A DNA stretch of 50,845 bases, taken from an uncultured Spirochaetales bacterium (GTDB taxonomy: Bacteria > Spirochaetota > Spirochaetia > JABMQR01). Below, piece after piece: positions 17,962-27,796 of this stretch; the stretch's first letter is position 1; every line of letters starts with the position of its first letter. Below the pieces are notes generated by a model. That model did no database searches and was not told the DNA's origin. It worked only from the letters and a program-made list of their open reading frames with translations. The stretch spans positions 1-50,845 of the forward strand of contig CAZSBC010000006.1 of NCBI GenBank assembly GCA_964605195.1, written 5' to 3'. The translations under genes and the position numbers were made by a program.

Positions 17962-20019
17962 GTGGCGTTATTCGAAGCTGTGAAAGGCTTGGTGAAATAT
18001 AGGATCGATGACATTCCCTATAGTAAGAGTTTTTCGCTGTCTTCCCAGTATGCCATTCCAAAGGGACGTCTCTTCTGTTCCAGTGAAGCTACTGAGACAG
18101 GAACCTCTTTCCGGGTGTTGCTGAAGCCTGAGCGCAAAACTGAGATCGAACTGGAGCATATTGAAGTATCCTTCTCCGTAACCCACTCCGAACCGTTGAA
18201 AAGCTGTTATCTCAATGGTTTCCAGTCCTGGAGTACCAGCCACGAATGCTCACCCTGGAGTTCCCAGAGGCCGATGAACCCGCTGCTGCATTACTGGATA
18301 AGCAAGTACCAACTCAGGAAATACGGGGATCAGCATTTTCGCGATTATTCGGGGAATCCCGGTGTATTCCTGGGATACACCTACGGATATCTCCGTTATG
18401 AGGATAGCTCCCTGCTGCTGGCAGCCTCTCTTTCAGAGGAGGTGGGGTATACGGAGATACGCCTCAACGTAGAGGAGCGTGGTGAAAGAACATTGTTGAC
18501 CATATCACGTGATATTGCAGGCACTCTGACGGGGAACGAACTTGAGCTGCTCGCCTTCATGATCGGTACCGGCAGTGAGCTGGAGGCCTTCAACGACTGG
18601 CGCAGATATGACCGGCAGCTTGTTGAGCGGCAGGACATGATGCTTGGCTGGACGAGCTGGTACAACTACTATAATGACATTGATGCGGGAGTTATCAGGG
18701 AAAATCTGCATGCCTTCACTGAGCGGGGTATTCCCATTGATCTGTTCCAGATAGATGACGGCTGGCAGCCTGCCGTAGGAGACTGGCTGAGTAGCAATGA
18801 CCGGTTTCCCGATGGTATGGCTCCGCTTGCGAAGGAGATCCGGGAGGCAGGCTATCTTCCCGGTTTGTGGTTGGCTCCCTTTACCGCTGAGGAGTCCTCC
18901 GAGGTGTGTCAGAACCATGCGGACTGGATTGTCCGTGATGAACACGGACCGGTGAAGGCCGGTAACAATCCCCATTACTGGAGCGGAAATTTCTACGGGC
19001 TGGACATACTGAATCCGGAGGTTCAGGAGTATGTGAAGCAGGTGATCCATAGAATTACCAGAAAATGGGGATTCGGGCTGATCAAGGCTGACTTTCTCTA
19101 TTCAGCCGCACTGGTCCCGAGAAGGGGGCTGTCCCGGGGGGCCATTATGCACAAGGCCATGCGGCTGCTGCGCGAGGCAGCCGGGGATGCCCTGATACTG
19201 GGATGCGGGGTTCCGCTTGGACAGGCCTTCGATACAGTCGATTACTGCCGTATCGGAAGTGATGTTGCCCCGAAGTGGGAGGACTGGCGGCTGAAGCAGA
19301 TACGGTTTCCCGAACGTGTTTCCACAGTCAACTCCCTTGTCAGCACCATTGGACGCAGCCAGCTGGATTCCCGCTTCTTCAGGAATGACCCGGATGTCTT
19401 TCTTCTGCGGAAGGGGCAGAACAGCCTGACGCAGAGTCAGAAGCGGGTGCTGTTCTTTACCAACAATCTTTTTGGGGGAGTGGTATTGACATCTGATGAA
19501 ATTGGGGAGTACTCAGAAGAAGAGCTGGCAATGTATAAAAGTTCGTTTCCCCCGGAAAACAAGCGTATCAGGGGTATTGAATGTGACCGGATGGCCTGTT
19601 TCGTGGATTTCTCCATTGGAAGAAGAAGCTACTGGGCCTACATCAACCTGTCGGGAAAATCCCGTACCGTCCAGCTGCCCGGAGATGCCGGAAGCCTCTG
19701 GTTCAGTGAACAGAGCGGGATACGTCCGGGAGGGTGGACAAAGAAGATCGGCGGGATCGACTGCGGTTGCTTCTGCAGGGTTCCGGTGCGTCCCTGGAGC
19801 GTTATCGGAACGACCGGGAGGCTGTTTCCCGCATCCGAGATTGACCAGGTCTTCCGGGAGGACAACGAACTCACCATATCGTTCCGGGAAAAGACCCTGC
19901 AGGTTGGCGATGTGTTGATCAGGCTTCCCCGCGGGACGAATATATGCATGGTGAACAACAACTCTGCCCTGATTGAAGAGAGCTACGGCATTACCTTCGG
20001 CAGGGCTTCGCTGATATGA
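17962..20019 (+). CDS. Alpha-galactosidase, GH36-like
   Basis: NGFQSWS, GWTSWY, FQIDDGW, GLWLAPF, IKADFLY (nucleophile), RIGSDV (acid/base), NDPD. Confidence 0.88.
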   Translation: MALFEAVKGLVKYRIDDIPYSKSFSLSSQYAIPKGRLFCSSEATETGTSFRVLLKPERKTEIELEHIEVSFSVTHSEPLKSCYLNGFQSWSTSHECSPWSSQRPMNPLLHYWISKYQLRKYGDQHFRDYSGNPGVFLGYTYGYLRYEDSSLLLAASLSEEVGYTEIRLNVEERGERTLLTISRDIAGTLTGNELELLAFMIGTGSELEAFNDWRRYDRQLVERQDMMLGWTSWYNYYNDIDAGVIRENLHAFTERGIPIDLFQIDDGWQPAVGDWLSSNDRFPDGMAPLAKEIREAGYLPGLWLAPFTAEESSEVCQNHADWIVRDEHGPVKAGNNPHYWSGNFYGLDILNPEVQEYVKQVIHRITRKWGFGLIKADFLYSAALVPRRGLSRGAIMHKAMRLLREAAGDALILGCGVPLGQAFDTVDYCRIGSDVAPKWEDWRLKQIRFPERVSTVNSLVSTIGRSQLDSRFFRNDPDVFLLRKGQNSLTQSQKRVLFFTNNLFGGVVLTSDEIGEYSEEELAMYKSSFPPENKRIRGIECDRMACFVDFSIGRRSYWAYINLSGKSRTVQLPGDAGSLWFSEQSGIRPGGWTKKIGGIDCGCFCRVPVRPWSVIGTTGRLFPASEIDQVFREDNELTISFREKTLQVGDVLIRLPRGTNICMVNNNSALIEESYGITFGRASLI

Positions 20020-20085
20020 CATCCCGGATGATGTTTACCATCTGGATATAAGTAACTATCATATAACCTGACAGGAGAACCGATT

Positions 20086-21888
20086 GTGACGGTATCAATA
20101 GAGAAAAACATCGATGCGTTGCGGGAGCAGATGGAGCTTGCCCACCTGGATGCGTATATCATAACGGGAACCGATCCGCACCAGTCAGAAATTCCGTCGG
20201 AGCACTGGCAGAGCAGGGCGTGGATCAGCGGTTTTACCGGTTCGGCCGGGATGGTAGTGGTTACGGATACAGAGTCGGGGTTGTGGACGGACTTCCGCTA
20301 CTATATCCAGGCGGAAAAGGAGCTGAGGGGAACTCCTATCCGGCTGTACCGCAGCGGAGAACCTGATGTACCTGATCCTGTCCGCTGGCTTGCTGATAAG
20401 CTTCCCAGGGCTGGCCGGATTGGTGTGTGCGGGCAGGAGATCTCTCTTGAGCATTTTGAAGCACTCAAAACCCAGATTGAAGCTGTGGAAATGCTGTTGA
20501 TAACCACTGAAGATCTTGTGGATAAGGTGTGGATAGAACGTCCGTGTATTCCAGATGATCCGTTAGTCGCGATTCCGACAGCCCTCTGCGGAGAGTCCCG
20601 GGAAGATAAAATTGCACGGATTCGGCGTCTTGCCCTGGAACGCTACCGAGCCGATGTCCAGGTGATCTCTTCGCTTGATGACATAGCCTGGGTGCTCAAC
20701 CTGCGGGGAACCGATGTTCCCTACAATCCCCTATTCACGGCCTACCTTGTTGTTACCGGAGATGCTGCGGCGCTCTTTGTGGATGAGGGAAAAATTTCCC
20801 GGGAGCTTTCTGCTCATATAGGAGAGGCTGTACAACGCTATCCCTACAACGCCTTCTTTGATACCCTCGCTGTGTTGATTCCAGCCGGATCACGGGTGCT
20901 CTTTTCACCCGAGAAAAGTTCGGTGCAGCTTGCCTTCAGGCTGGAAGAGCTGAGGGATGTGAATAGTGTCAGGGGTGCCGTTATCGCCTCAGATCTCAAG
21001 GCCCGCAAGAATAGTGTTGAGATTGCGGGCATCAGGACTGTTCACCGTCAGGATGGAGCTGCTGTAACTCAATTCATCCACTGGTTTTACGATAAAGGCA
21101 GCAATGGGATTTCCTGTATGGATGAGGTGATGGTGGCCGAGACGCTTCTTGGTTTCCGCAGGCGCAGAGCGGGATTCCTGCGGGAGAGTTTTGCCACGAT
21201 TGCCGCCTTTGGGGCAAATGGTGCTTTGTGTCACTATTCGGCTGACCGGAACAGTCCCGCAGAAATCAACGGAGACGGACTGCTGGTGCTGGACAGCGGC
21301 GGGCACTATACCGGCGGAACAACCGATATTACCCGCACCCTCTATGTGGGGAGACCGACTGAGCAGCAGAAGCGGGAGTACACCCTGGTTCTCAGGGGAC
21401 ACCTTGCCCTGAAGCATCAGCGTTTTCCGGAGGGGACCCGGGGATATCAGCTGGATGTGCTGGCAAGGAAACCCCTCTGGGATGAGGGGCTGGACTACGG
21501 GCACGGGACGGGGCATGGGATCGGATTCATGCTGAATGTACATGAAGGTCCGCAGTCGATCAGTCCCAAACCGATTGATGTTGCCCTGCAGCCCGGCATG
21601 GTAGTTTCAGATGAACCCGGATTATATCGTGAAGGGGCCTTTGGAATCCGGATCGAGAATCTGCTGGTGGTCATCGAGGATGAAAAGACGGAATTCGGTC
21701 GCTTTCTTGCCTTTGAGGATCTTACCAGGGTACCGTATGAGCGAGATCTGATTGAACCGGCGCTGTTGAATGAGCGGGAAATTGCTCAGGTCAATGCGTA
21801 TCATCAACAGGTATTTGCCGATATCGGGGATCTGCTGCAGGAGGAGGAACGGGTATGGCTCGAAATGATGTGCGCCCCGTTGGGGTGA
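20086..21888 (+). CDS. Aminopeptidase P (M24B)
   Basis: DPHQSE, SGFTGSAG, DSGGHYTGGTTDITRT, GHGTGHGIG...VHEGP, EPGLY, GIRIEN; AGGAG RBS. Confidence 0.95.
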   Translation: MTVSIEKNIDALREQMELAHLDAYIITGTDPHQSEIPSEHWQSRAWISGFTGSAGMVVVTDTESGLWTDFRYYIQAEKELRGTPIRLYRSGEPDVPDPVRWLADKLPRAGRIGVCGQEISLEHFEALKTQIEAVEMLLITTEDLVDKVWIERPCIPDDPLVAIPTALCGESREDKIARIRRLALERYRADVQVISSLDDIAWVLNLRGTDVPYNPLFTAYLVVTGDAAALFVDEGKISRELSAHIGEAVQRYPYNAFFDTLAVLIPAGSRVLFSPEKSSVQLAFRLEELRDVNSVRGAVIASDLKARKNSVEIAGIRTVHRQDGAAVTQFIHWFYDKGSNGISCMDEVMVAETLLGFRRRRAGFLRESFATIAAFGANGALCHYSADRNSPAEINGDGLLVLDSGGHYTGGTTDITRTLYVGRPTEQQKREYTLVLRGHLALKHQRFPEGTRGYQLDVLARKPLWDEGLDYGHGTGHGIGFMLNVHEGPQSISPKPIDVALQPGMVVSDEPGLYREGAFGIRIENLLVVIEDEKTEFGRFLAFEDLTRVPYERDLIEPALLNEREIAQVNAYHQQVFADIGDLLQEEERVWLEMMCAPLG

Positions 21889-22832
21889 GGGTTTCTGCCG
21901 ATGAGCGTACCCGGCTAATAAGAAAATCCTCCTGGATTGGTATCATCGGCAATGGGTTGCTCTCGGTCCTGAAGATCGTCAGCGGCTTTCTCTTCTCCTC
22001 TTTTGCCCTTGTCGGGGACGGAATCGATTCACTCATGGATGTGGTGACATCCACGGTGACGCTGGTTACGGCCGGTATTGCATCCCGTCCTCCCGATCCG
22101 GAGCATCCCTACGGACACGGCAGGGCGGAGACCATCGCTACAAAGCTGCTCTCCTTCATCATTCTTGTTGCGGGAATACAGCTGGCAATAGTATCGGTTA
22201 GGCAGATGTTCTCGCCCGAACCGCCAGACATGCCGAGCAGTCTTACCTTCATTGTCCTTGCGGTTTCGATTACCGGGAAGATATTCCTCAGTATTCAGAA
22301 GAGACGGGTAGGAAAGCGTATCAACAGTCCCATGCTTATTGCTGATGCCAAGAACATGCGCAATGATATTATGATTTCGCTCAGTGTCATGGCAGGGGTG
22401 TTGCTGGCCATTCTGCTCCATATTCCGATTCTTGACTCTGTAACGGCCCTGTTGGTCAGCTTCTGGATAGTAAAGACTGGTTGGGGGATATTCATGGAGA
22501 CAAGCAGGGAGCTGATGGACGGCGTTGATGACCCGGAGCTCTATGAAGAGGTCTTCTCTGTCATAAAAGGCGTACCCGGGGTTGGGAATCCTCATAAAAC
22601 ACGCATAAGGAAGTTGAATAATCTCTATGTAATTGATATGGATATTGAAGTTGACGGTACGTTGACTGTTAAGCAGGGACATGATATCGCCATGCAGGTT
22701 GAAGCAGCCATCATGCAGGCGCTGCAGGATGTCTATGATGTCCAGGTGCATGTGGAGCCGACCGGAAATTATGAAAGCGGCGAGACCTTTGGCTTGAATG
22801 AAGAGCTTATTGAACATACCAGAAAGGAGTAA
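21855..22832 (+). CDS. Cation diffusion facilitator (FieF-like) transporter
   Basis: DGIDSLMD, HPYGHGRAE, NMRND, D-x-E-V, HVEP; six TM segments; start uncertain. Confidence 0.92.
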   Translation: MARNDVRPVGVRVSADERTRLIRKSSWIGIIGNGLLSVLKIVSGFLFSSFALVGDGIDSLMDVVTSTVTLVTAGIASRPPDPEHPYGHGRAETIATKLLSFIILVAGIQLAIVSVRQMFSPEPPDMPSSLTFIVLAVSITGKIFLSIQKRRVGKRINSPMLIADAKNMRNDIMISLSVMAGVLLAILLHIPILDSVTALLVSFWIVKTGWGIFMETSRELMDGVDDPELYEEVFSVIKGVPGVGNPHKTRIRKLNNLYVIDMDIEVDGTLTVKQGHDIAMQVEAAIMQALQDVYDVQVHVEPTGNYESGETFGLNEELIEHTRKE

Positions 22833-22838
22833 AAGCGT

Positions 22839-24497
22839 ATGACTGAATCATTGCAGAGACATCCCGGAATGAATCCCCGGTCAGGACCTGTTGTGCTGGT
22901 AATTATGGATGGAGTCGGTTTTGGAAAATATCGGGAAGGGGACGGGGTTGCTGCAGCACATACCGAAACGCTTGACGGGCTGTTCAAGACCGAGCCCTGG
23001 ACAAAGCTGAAAGCCCACGGGACGGCTGTGGGCCTTCCCTCTGATGACGATATGGGCAACAGCGAAGTAGGGCACAATGCCATAGGCTGCGGCCGGGTCT
23101 TTGCCCAGGGGGCAAAACTGGTCAATCAGTCGATCCTTTCGGGGAGTGTGTTCGAGGGTGCGGTGTGGAAGAAGCTGGTGAAAAATGCTGTTGATCATGA
23201 CGGCAGCATGCATTTCATCGGGCTTACGTCGGATGGCAATGTCCACTCAAACCTTTCGCATCTGCGGTCCATGGTTGAACAGGCTAAAAAGGATGGCGTG
23301 ACCAAGGTAAAGGTGCATACGCTGCTTGACGGAAGAGATGTCGGAGAGACTTCGGCTCTGGAGTATATTGATCCGCTGCAGGAGTTTCTGGACGGTATCA
23401 GTGACGGGAGTTTTGATGCCCGCATAGTATCCGGCGGCGGACGCATGGTCATCACGATGGACCGCTACAATGCCAACTGGGATATGGTGCGCAAAGGCTG
23501 GGAGACCCATGTGTTGGGGAAGGGCCGGCTCTTTACCAGTGCCCGTGAGGCCATTGAGACACTGCGCGGCGAAACCGGTGCCATAGACCAGGATCTGCCA
23601 CCATTTGTAATATCTGCCGACGGAGAACACCCTGACGGTCCGGTCATTGACGGAGACAGTGTCATCCTCTTCAATTTCAGGGGGGATCGTGCCCTGGAGA
23701 TTACCAAGGCATTTGAATCCCAAGAGCTTGAGGAGTTTGACCGTATTCGGTACCCAGATGTGGAATATGCCGGCATGATGGAGTATGACGGGGACCTGCA
23801 TGTTCCGTCCCAGTACCTGGTCAATCCGCCCTCCATCAACCGGACAATGGCAGAGTATCTCTGCAACAGCGGGGTTCGGCAGTTCTCGATCAGCGAGACG
23901 CAGAAGTATGGCCATGTGACATACTTCTTCAACGGGAACAGGTCGGGCAAGTTCAGCGATGCCCTGGAGGAATATGTGGAAATTACCTCTGACATCCTTC
24001 CCTTTGAGCAGCGACCGTGGATGAAGTGTGCGGAGATTACTGATCGGGTGATCGAGGAGCTTGAAAAGGGCACGTATGACTTCATCAAGCTGAATTTTCC
24101 CAACGGGGACATGGTCGGGCATACCGGCATCTACCAGGCTGTTATCTGTGCCCTGGAGGCGATGGATCTCCAGTTGGGCAGGTTGAAAAAGGCTGTGGAA
24201 AAGGCCGGGGGCGTAATGGTGATCAGTGCCGATCACGGGAACTCGGATGATATGTTCGAGCACGACAAGACAGGTGCTGTGAAGCTGAAGGCGGACGGAA
24301 AGCCGCAGGCCAAGACCGCACACTCCCTCAACCCGGTTCCCTGCATCGTCTATGACCCGAACTACGACGGCGAATACAGCACAACCCTGAAGGAGGGACT
24401 GGGTATCAGCTCCCTGGCGGCAACCTGCCTGGAGCTGCTAGGATTCAGTGCCCCGGATGATTATGATGAGAGCGTACTCTCCTTCCAGACAGAGTAG
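22839..24497 (+). CDS. gpmI: 2,3-bisphosphoglycerate-independent phosphoglycerate mutase
   Basis: MGNSEVGH, SDGNVHS, DGRD, FNFRGDR, ETQKYGHVTYF, NGDMVGHTG, ADHGN. Confidence 0.97.
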   Translation: MTESLQRHPGMNPRSGPVVLVIMDGVGFGKYREGDGVAAAHTETLDGLFKTEPWTKLKAHGTAVGLPSDDDMGNSEVGHNAIGCGRVFAQGAKLVNQSILSGSVFEGAVWKKLVKNAVDHDGSMHFIGLTSDGNVHSNLSHLRSMVEQAKKDGVTKVKVHTLLDGRDVGETSALEYIDPLQEFLDGISDGSFDARIVSGGGRMVITMDRYNANWDMVRKGWETHVLGKGRLFTSAREAIETLRGETGAIDQDLPPFVISADGEHPDGPVIDGDSVILFNFRGDRALEITKAFESQELEEFDRIRYPDVEYAGMMEYDGDLHVPSQYLVNPPSINRTMAEYLCNSGVRQFSISETQKYGHVTYFFNGNRSGKFSDALEEYVEITSDILPFEQRPWMKCAEITDRVIEELEKGTYDFIKLNFPNGDMVGHTGIYQAVICALEAMDLQLGRLKKAVEKAGGVMVISADHGNSDDMFEHDKTGAVKLKADGKPQAKTAHSLNPVPCIVYDPNYDGEYSTTLKEGLGISSLAATCLELLGFSAPDDYDESVLSFQTE

Positions 24498-24504
24498 TAC
24501 ATAT

Positions 24505-24542
24505 GCAGGTCTGCCCGGACAACCGGGCAGACCTGCTCTTTC
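24505..24542 (+). terminator. Rho-independent terminator after gpmI
   Basis: Perfect 14-bp stem GCAGGTCTGCCCGG-ACAA-CCGGGCAGACCTGC followed by TCTTT. Confidence 0.8.
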
Positions 24543-24684
24543 CTGCAACACTTGAATGCTACTAATGATAACTGATCCTGGATACTGAATGCACATTCCC
24601 AATACGATAACTTCCTGATATCTCATAGGGGCTTGAAAGAACTCCAGGGGTGAATTATGCAATACCGCTGATTACAATCAGTCT

Positions 24685-24852
24685 CTACAATTCCAATGAG
24701 GAGTCCTCACCCTTGATATCTGTATTCCTTTGATTCTGTAGGAAGGGAATAACATCCTCTTTGGCCTGACTGCACAATATCGAAGAAAACCGCTCTATGA
24801 CTTCATGCAGCAATCGATCTTTTTACATGAAGACAATATGACCTGAGAATTG
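24685..24852 (-). pseudogene. Degraded 3' fragment resembling an AbiEii/AbiGii nucleotidyltransferase toxin
   Basis: Manual translation QFSGHIVFM*KDRLLHEVIERFSSILCSQAKEDVIPFLQNQRNTDIKGEDSSLEL* resembles the recalled family C-terminus QSGH...ERF..ID..QAK.DV.PF......DIW. Local GC is lower than the flanks. Confidence 0.5.
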
Positions 24853-24878
24853 TGGTAGATGATCACCCATCTACCCAG

Positions 24879-26153
24879 CTAGAGAACCCCTCGGAGCAGC
24901 AGCATATAGAAGGACGCATATACCATCATCATTGCTGCCGGGAGGATTACGGCCCGGAGGGCATGGATAAAGCGGCTCTTGTAGTATCCGCAGGTAACGA
25001 TCAGGCAGACATGCAGGGGCGAGAGCATGGTTCCCATGAAACCCGAGACGTAGGCAAAGACTACCGTTGAGACGAGCATGCTGAATGGAACATCTGCCCC
25101 GATCAGGGCAATGACCACCGGAAAGGATGCCCCGACAAACCCAACGGAGATACCCATGGTCATTCCGGTGATGAATGGCAGGAGAAATATCAGGGGAAGG
25201 GCTGGGATGCCGAAAGACTGCATCTCCTCGGTCATCAGCTGCACCAGGGCGGTTCCGTTGATATCACTTTCAATAAAGGCTCCGTAGATTCTGACAAGTA
25301 CAATAAGTAGCACCATATCGAACATTTTCCTGGAAAGAAAAATTTCTGACCAGGCTTTCGGTGGAATGGGGCGCAGAACCTGAACCGTCACTATGGATAT
25401 GATGAGGCTTATCACCATCGGAAGGTAACTGCTCATGCCGGCAATTCCCGGTAGAAAAAAGCGGATGAAGAAATAGGAGAGCACGACAATGGAGACGGGC
25501 AGGAAGGGAATGAAGGAGAAGGAAGCATCTTTTTTTCTTGCTATACGCTCCTCCTTAGTTTCTCGGGGAATGCGGATTAAAAACACCAGATATCCTGCTA
25601 GGGCGGCCATGGCAGAGGTGGGTATCCCGACCAGGAAGATTACCCACAGCTCAAGACCGGCAATATCACAGGCCAGGATGATTCCGGGGTAGAGCGGCCA
25701 GCAATACTCCCATACGTGCCGAAACCAGTAGTTGATCCTTGTCTTCACCTCCTGATTGATTCCGGGATGGTCATCGAAATTATCAAGCAGCGGGGCAGAG
25801 AAGAGGGCTCCTCCGGGCATAGGCAGCAGGCCGATAACTGCCGGCAGGATAGCCAGGGAAGCCTTCGAGGAAAAGGTACCGCGTACACTCAGTACCAGCT
25901 CATCAACAAGCCCGTTCCGTTTCAGCTGGCTGGAGAGGGCCATCACCAGATATACCACCAGCATGAGGGTGAGATTTGATAGACTGATGACCGCCTGAGA
26001 TACGGTGGAGACAACAGTATTGAACGGAAGTCCTGCCCAGACGGCAAAGACAGTCGCGCCGGCAAGCAGTGAAACCGGCAGACGTTTCAGCAGAACGTTG
26101 AGCAGAATGATCACAGCGAGGGATGTAAGCAGCTTGACAATTATTGGAACCAT
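24879..26153 (-). CDS. DUF401-family membrane protein
   Basis: IGLLPMPGGALFSAP, INYWFRHVWEY.WPLYPG, LSPLHVCL. Start set at ATG 26153, after TTGTGC-17-TACAAT. Confidence 0.88.
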   Translation of the reverse strand: MVPIIVKLLTSLAVIILLNVLLKRLPVSLLAGATVFAVWAGLPFNTVVSTVSQAVISLSNLTLMLVVYLVMALSSQLKRNGLVDELVLSVRGTFSSKASLAILPAVIGLLPMPGGALFSAPLLDNFDDHPGINQEVKTRINYWFRHVWEYCWPLYPGIILACDIAGLELWVIFLVGIPTSAMAALAGYLVFLIRIPRETKEERIARKKDASFSFIPFLPVSIVVLSYFFIRFFLPGIAGMSSYLPMVISLIISIVTVQVLRPIPPKAWSEIFLSRKMFDMVLLIVLVRIYGAFIESDINGTALVQLMTEEMQSFGIPALPLIFLLPFITGMTMGISVGFVGASFPVVIALIGADVPFSMLVSTVVFAYVSGFMGTMLSPLHVCLIVTCGYYKSRFIHALRAVILPAAMMMVYASFYMLLLRGVL

Positions 26154-26251
26154 ACACCGCATTGTATCGGATTGCCCTGGAGAGCACAATTATTCATTAC
26201 AGTCTGGTTTGTAATCTTGTGTTATATCGACAGGCATTATACCATGGTGAT

Positions 26252-26869
26252 ATGGAAGGGAACGATGCGGATATGAACTTCAGGAGTGTCCTGAAAAAAG
26301 AGCTTGTCAGGAAGATCCTGCATGTTCTGATAGCCTTTCTTCCCCTGATCGCTTGGCATTCAAGACCCCTTGCCTTCATCCTTCTGCTCAGCGGCATAAT
26401 GCTCTATGGCACGGTTGAGGCGCTGAGGAACAGATGGAACGGTAATCTGCACAGCCTGCCCTACCGTCTCATTACCGCAATATCGATATACACCAGCCGT
26501 CCCGGAGAAGTGGAGTCATTTATCAAGGCTCCGCTGACATTGGCCGGCGGTGCCGGACTGGCTTTGCTGCTGTTTCCGGGAAAGGCCTCCACTGCCGGAA
26601 TTCTGGTTCTGGCATTTGCTGATACAGCGGCAACGCTAGTAGGTAAGATTTGGTACCGTAAGAGAGACCTCTTCCGATCGCGGAAATCGCTACCGGGAAC
26701 AGTTGCCTGCCTGATAGTCTCATTCAGCATAGTGATGCTGGTTCTGAATGATCCGGTGATTGCGCTGGCGGCGGCACTCACCGCAACTGTCTGCGAGATG
26801 GTAACCCTGCGTGATTTCGACAACCTGCTTATTCCGATGGGAGTTGCGGCAGTCATTACACTTATGTAA
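26252..26869 (+). CDS. CTP-dependent polyprenol/phytol kinase-like membrane protein (SEC59/DGK1/VTE5 family)
   Basis: ELVRKILH, LAFADTAATLVGK, KSLPGT, DFDNLLIP. Start set at ATG 26252, after TTGTGT-17-TACCAT. Confidence 0.82.
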   Translation: MEGNDADMNFRSVLKKELVRKILHVLIAFLPLIAWHSRPLAFILLLSGIMLYGTVEALRNRWNGNLHSLPYRLITAISIYTSRPGEVESFIKAPLTLAGGAGLALLLFPGKASTAGILVLAFADTAATLVGKIWYRKRDLFRSRKSLPGTVACLIVSFSIVMLVLNDPVIALAAALTATVCEMVTLRDFDNLLIPMGVAAVITLM

Positions 26870-26876
26870 TCAGAAT

Positions 26877-26906
26877 CAGGGTACTGAAAAAACAGTACCC
26901 TGTTTA
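26877..26906. terminator. Terminator hairpin between convergent genes
   Basis: CAGGGTACTG-AAAAAA-CAGTACCCTG followed by TTTA. Confidence 0.75.
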
Positions 26907-26908
26907 TA

Positions 26909-27706
26909 TCAGTTCCAGAGACGGATAAGATAAATCCTGTGGGCAAAGAAGAGTGCACTGAGCGTATATAGGATAATGCCTGCCAGCATTGGCAGCATTG
27001 AGGACGCTCCCATAAACAGTTCCAGTCCGGTAAAGATAAGAGCCAATGCAAGTGCCAGAAGCAGGTATTGACTGTTCTGGTTCCTCACCGAAGCGGCTAC
27101 ATAGTTGATCACGCTGGAGACCTCAATGATTCTTGCCAGGATCAGAACATACCCCGTGTACGTAAGCGCTGGGAATCCTGAAAGGGCAACAGTTGTATAT
27201 CCCAACGGAAGAATCGCGACTAAAGTGAACGACAGGAAGAAACTGACACTAAGGAACAGATTCTGCTTGAGAAAGGGAATGCCGTTGGAGAACATTCCTC
27301 CGAGAAAGTATTGCATCAGACTGAACAGATAGAAAAACAGATAGGCCTTGTAGAGCAGTACGTACCAGAAGTTTGAGACGGAGAGGGCCCCCACTGTTTC
27401 CGCCATCTCACGGAGGGTGATAAAACCGATGGTAATTATCGATATAACAAAGAAAAGAATCTCAGGTGAGGTTGTTTTCCGGAAAAGAATATAGAGCACC
27501 AGACCGCCAGCAAGGGAGAGGGCGGAGAAGGAAAGGGAGAGATAGCGCAGCGTGGCGGGAAAGATGCTGTTATCGGACAGATCGACCCCGAACAGCCTCT
27601 GGTGTATCTCCTGCATGACAGGCATGTCCCAGGCCGCAAGAAGGAACAGCAGCAAAGCTGAGAGAAAGAGCATGCAAACGATGACAATTCGTGTTCCAAT
27701 ATTCAT
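26909..27706 (-). CDS. Hypothetical polytopic membrane protein
   Basis: 265-aa ORF with ~7-8 hydrophobic segments; TATGAT 6 nt before the ATG. Confidence 0.75.
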   Translation of the reverse strand: MNIGTRIVIVCMLFLSALLLFLLAAWDMPVMQEIHQRLFGVDLSDNSIFPATLRYLSLSFSALSLAGGLVLYILFRKTTSPEILFFVISIITIGFITLREMAETVGALSVSNFWYVLLYKAYLFFYLFSLMQYFLGGMFSNGIPFLKQNLFLSVSFFLSFTLVAILPLGYTTVALSGFPALTYTGYVLILARIIEVSSVINYVAASVRNQNSQYLLLALALALIFTGLELFMGASSMLPMLAGIILYTLSALFFAHRIYLIRLWN

Positions 27707-27796
27707 AGTAACATCATACAGTGTATTTGATTCTGATGGAAGTCTGGATTTTTTTCCGGTGTTGCAGTAATCTTCTTATATTGATGATATCAGGGA

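Noticed and set aside
23247-24323. 358-aa minus-strand ORF inside gpmI (likewise 460..1422, 1687..2484, 11999..12922, 38642..39562, 42038..42829)
   Set aside because: Antisense shadows explained by codon bias of the real genes.
24438-24662. 74-aa ORF in the gpmI-DUF401 gap
   Set aside because: It crosses the gpmI terminator and 3' end and has no RBS or motif.
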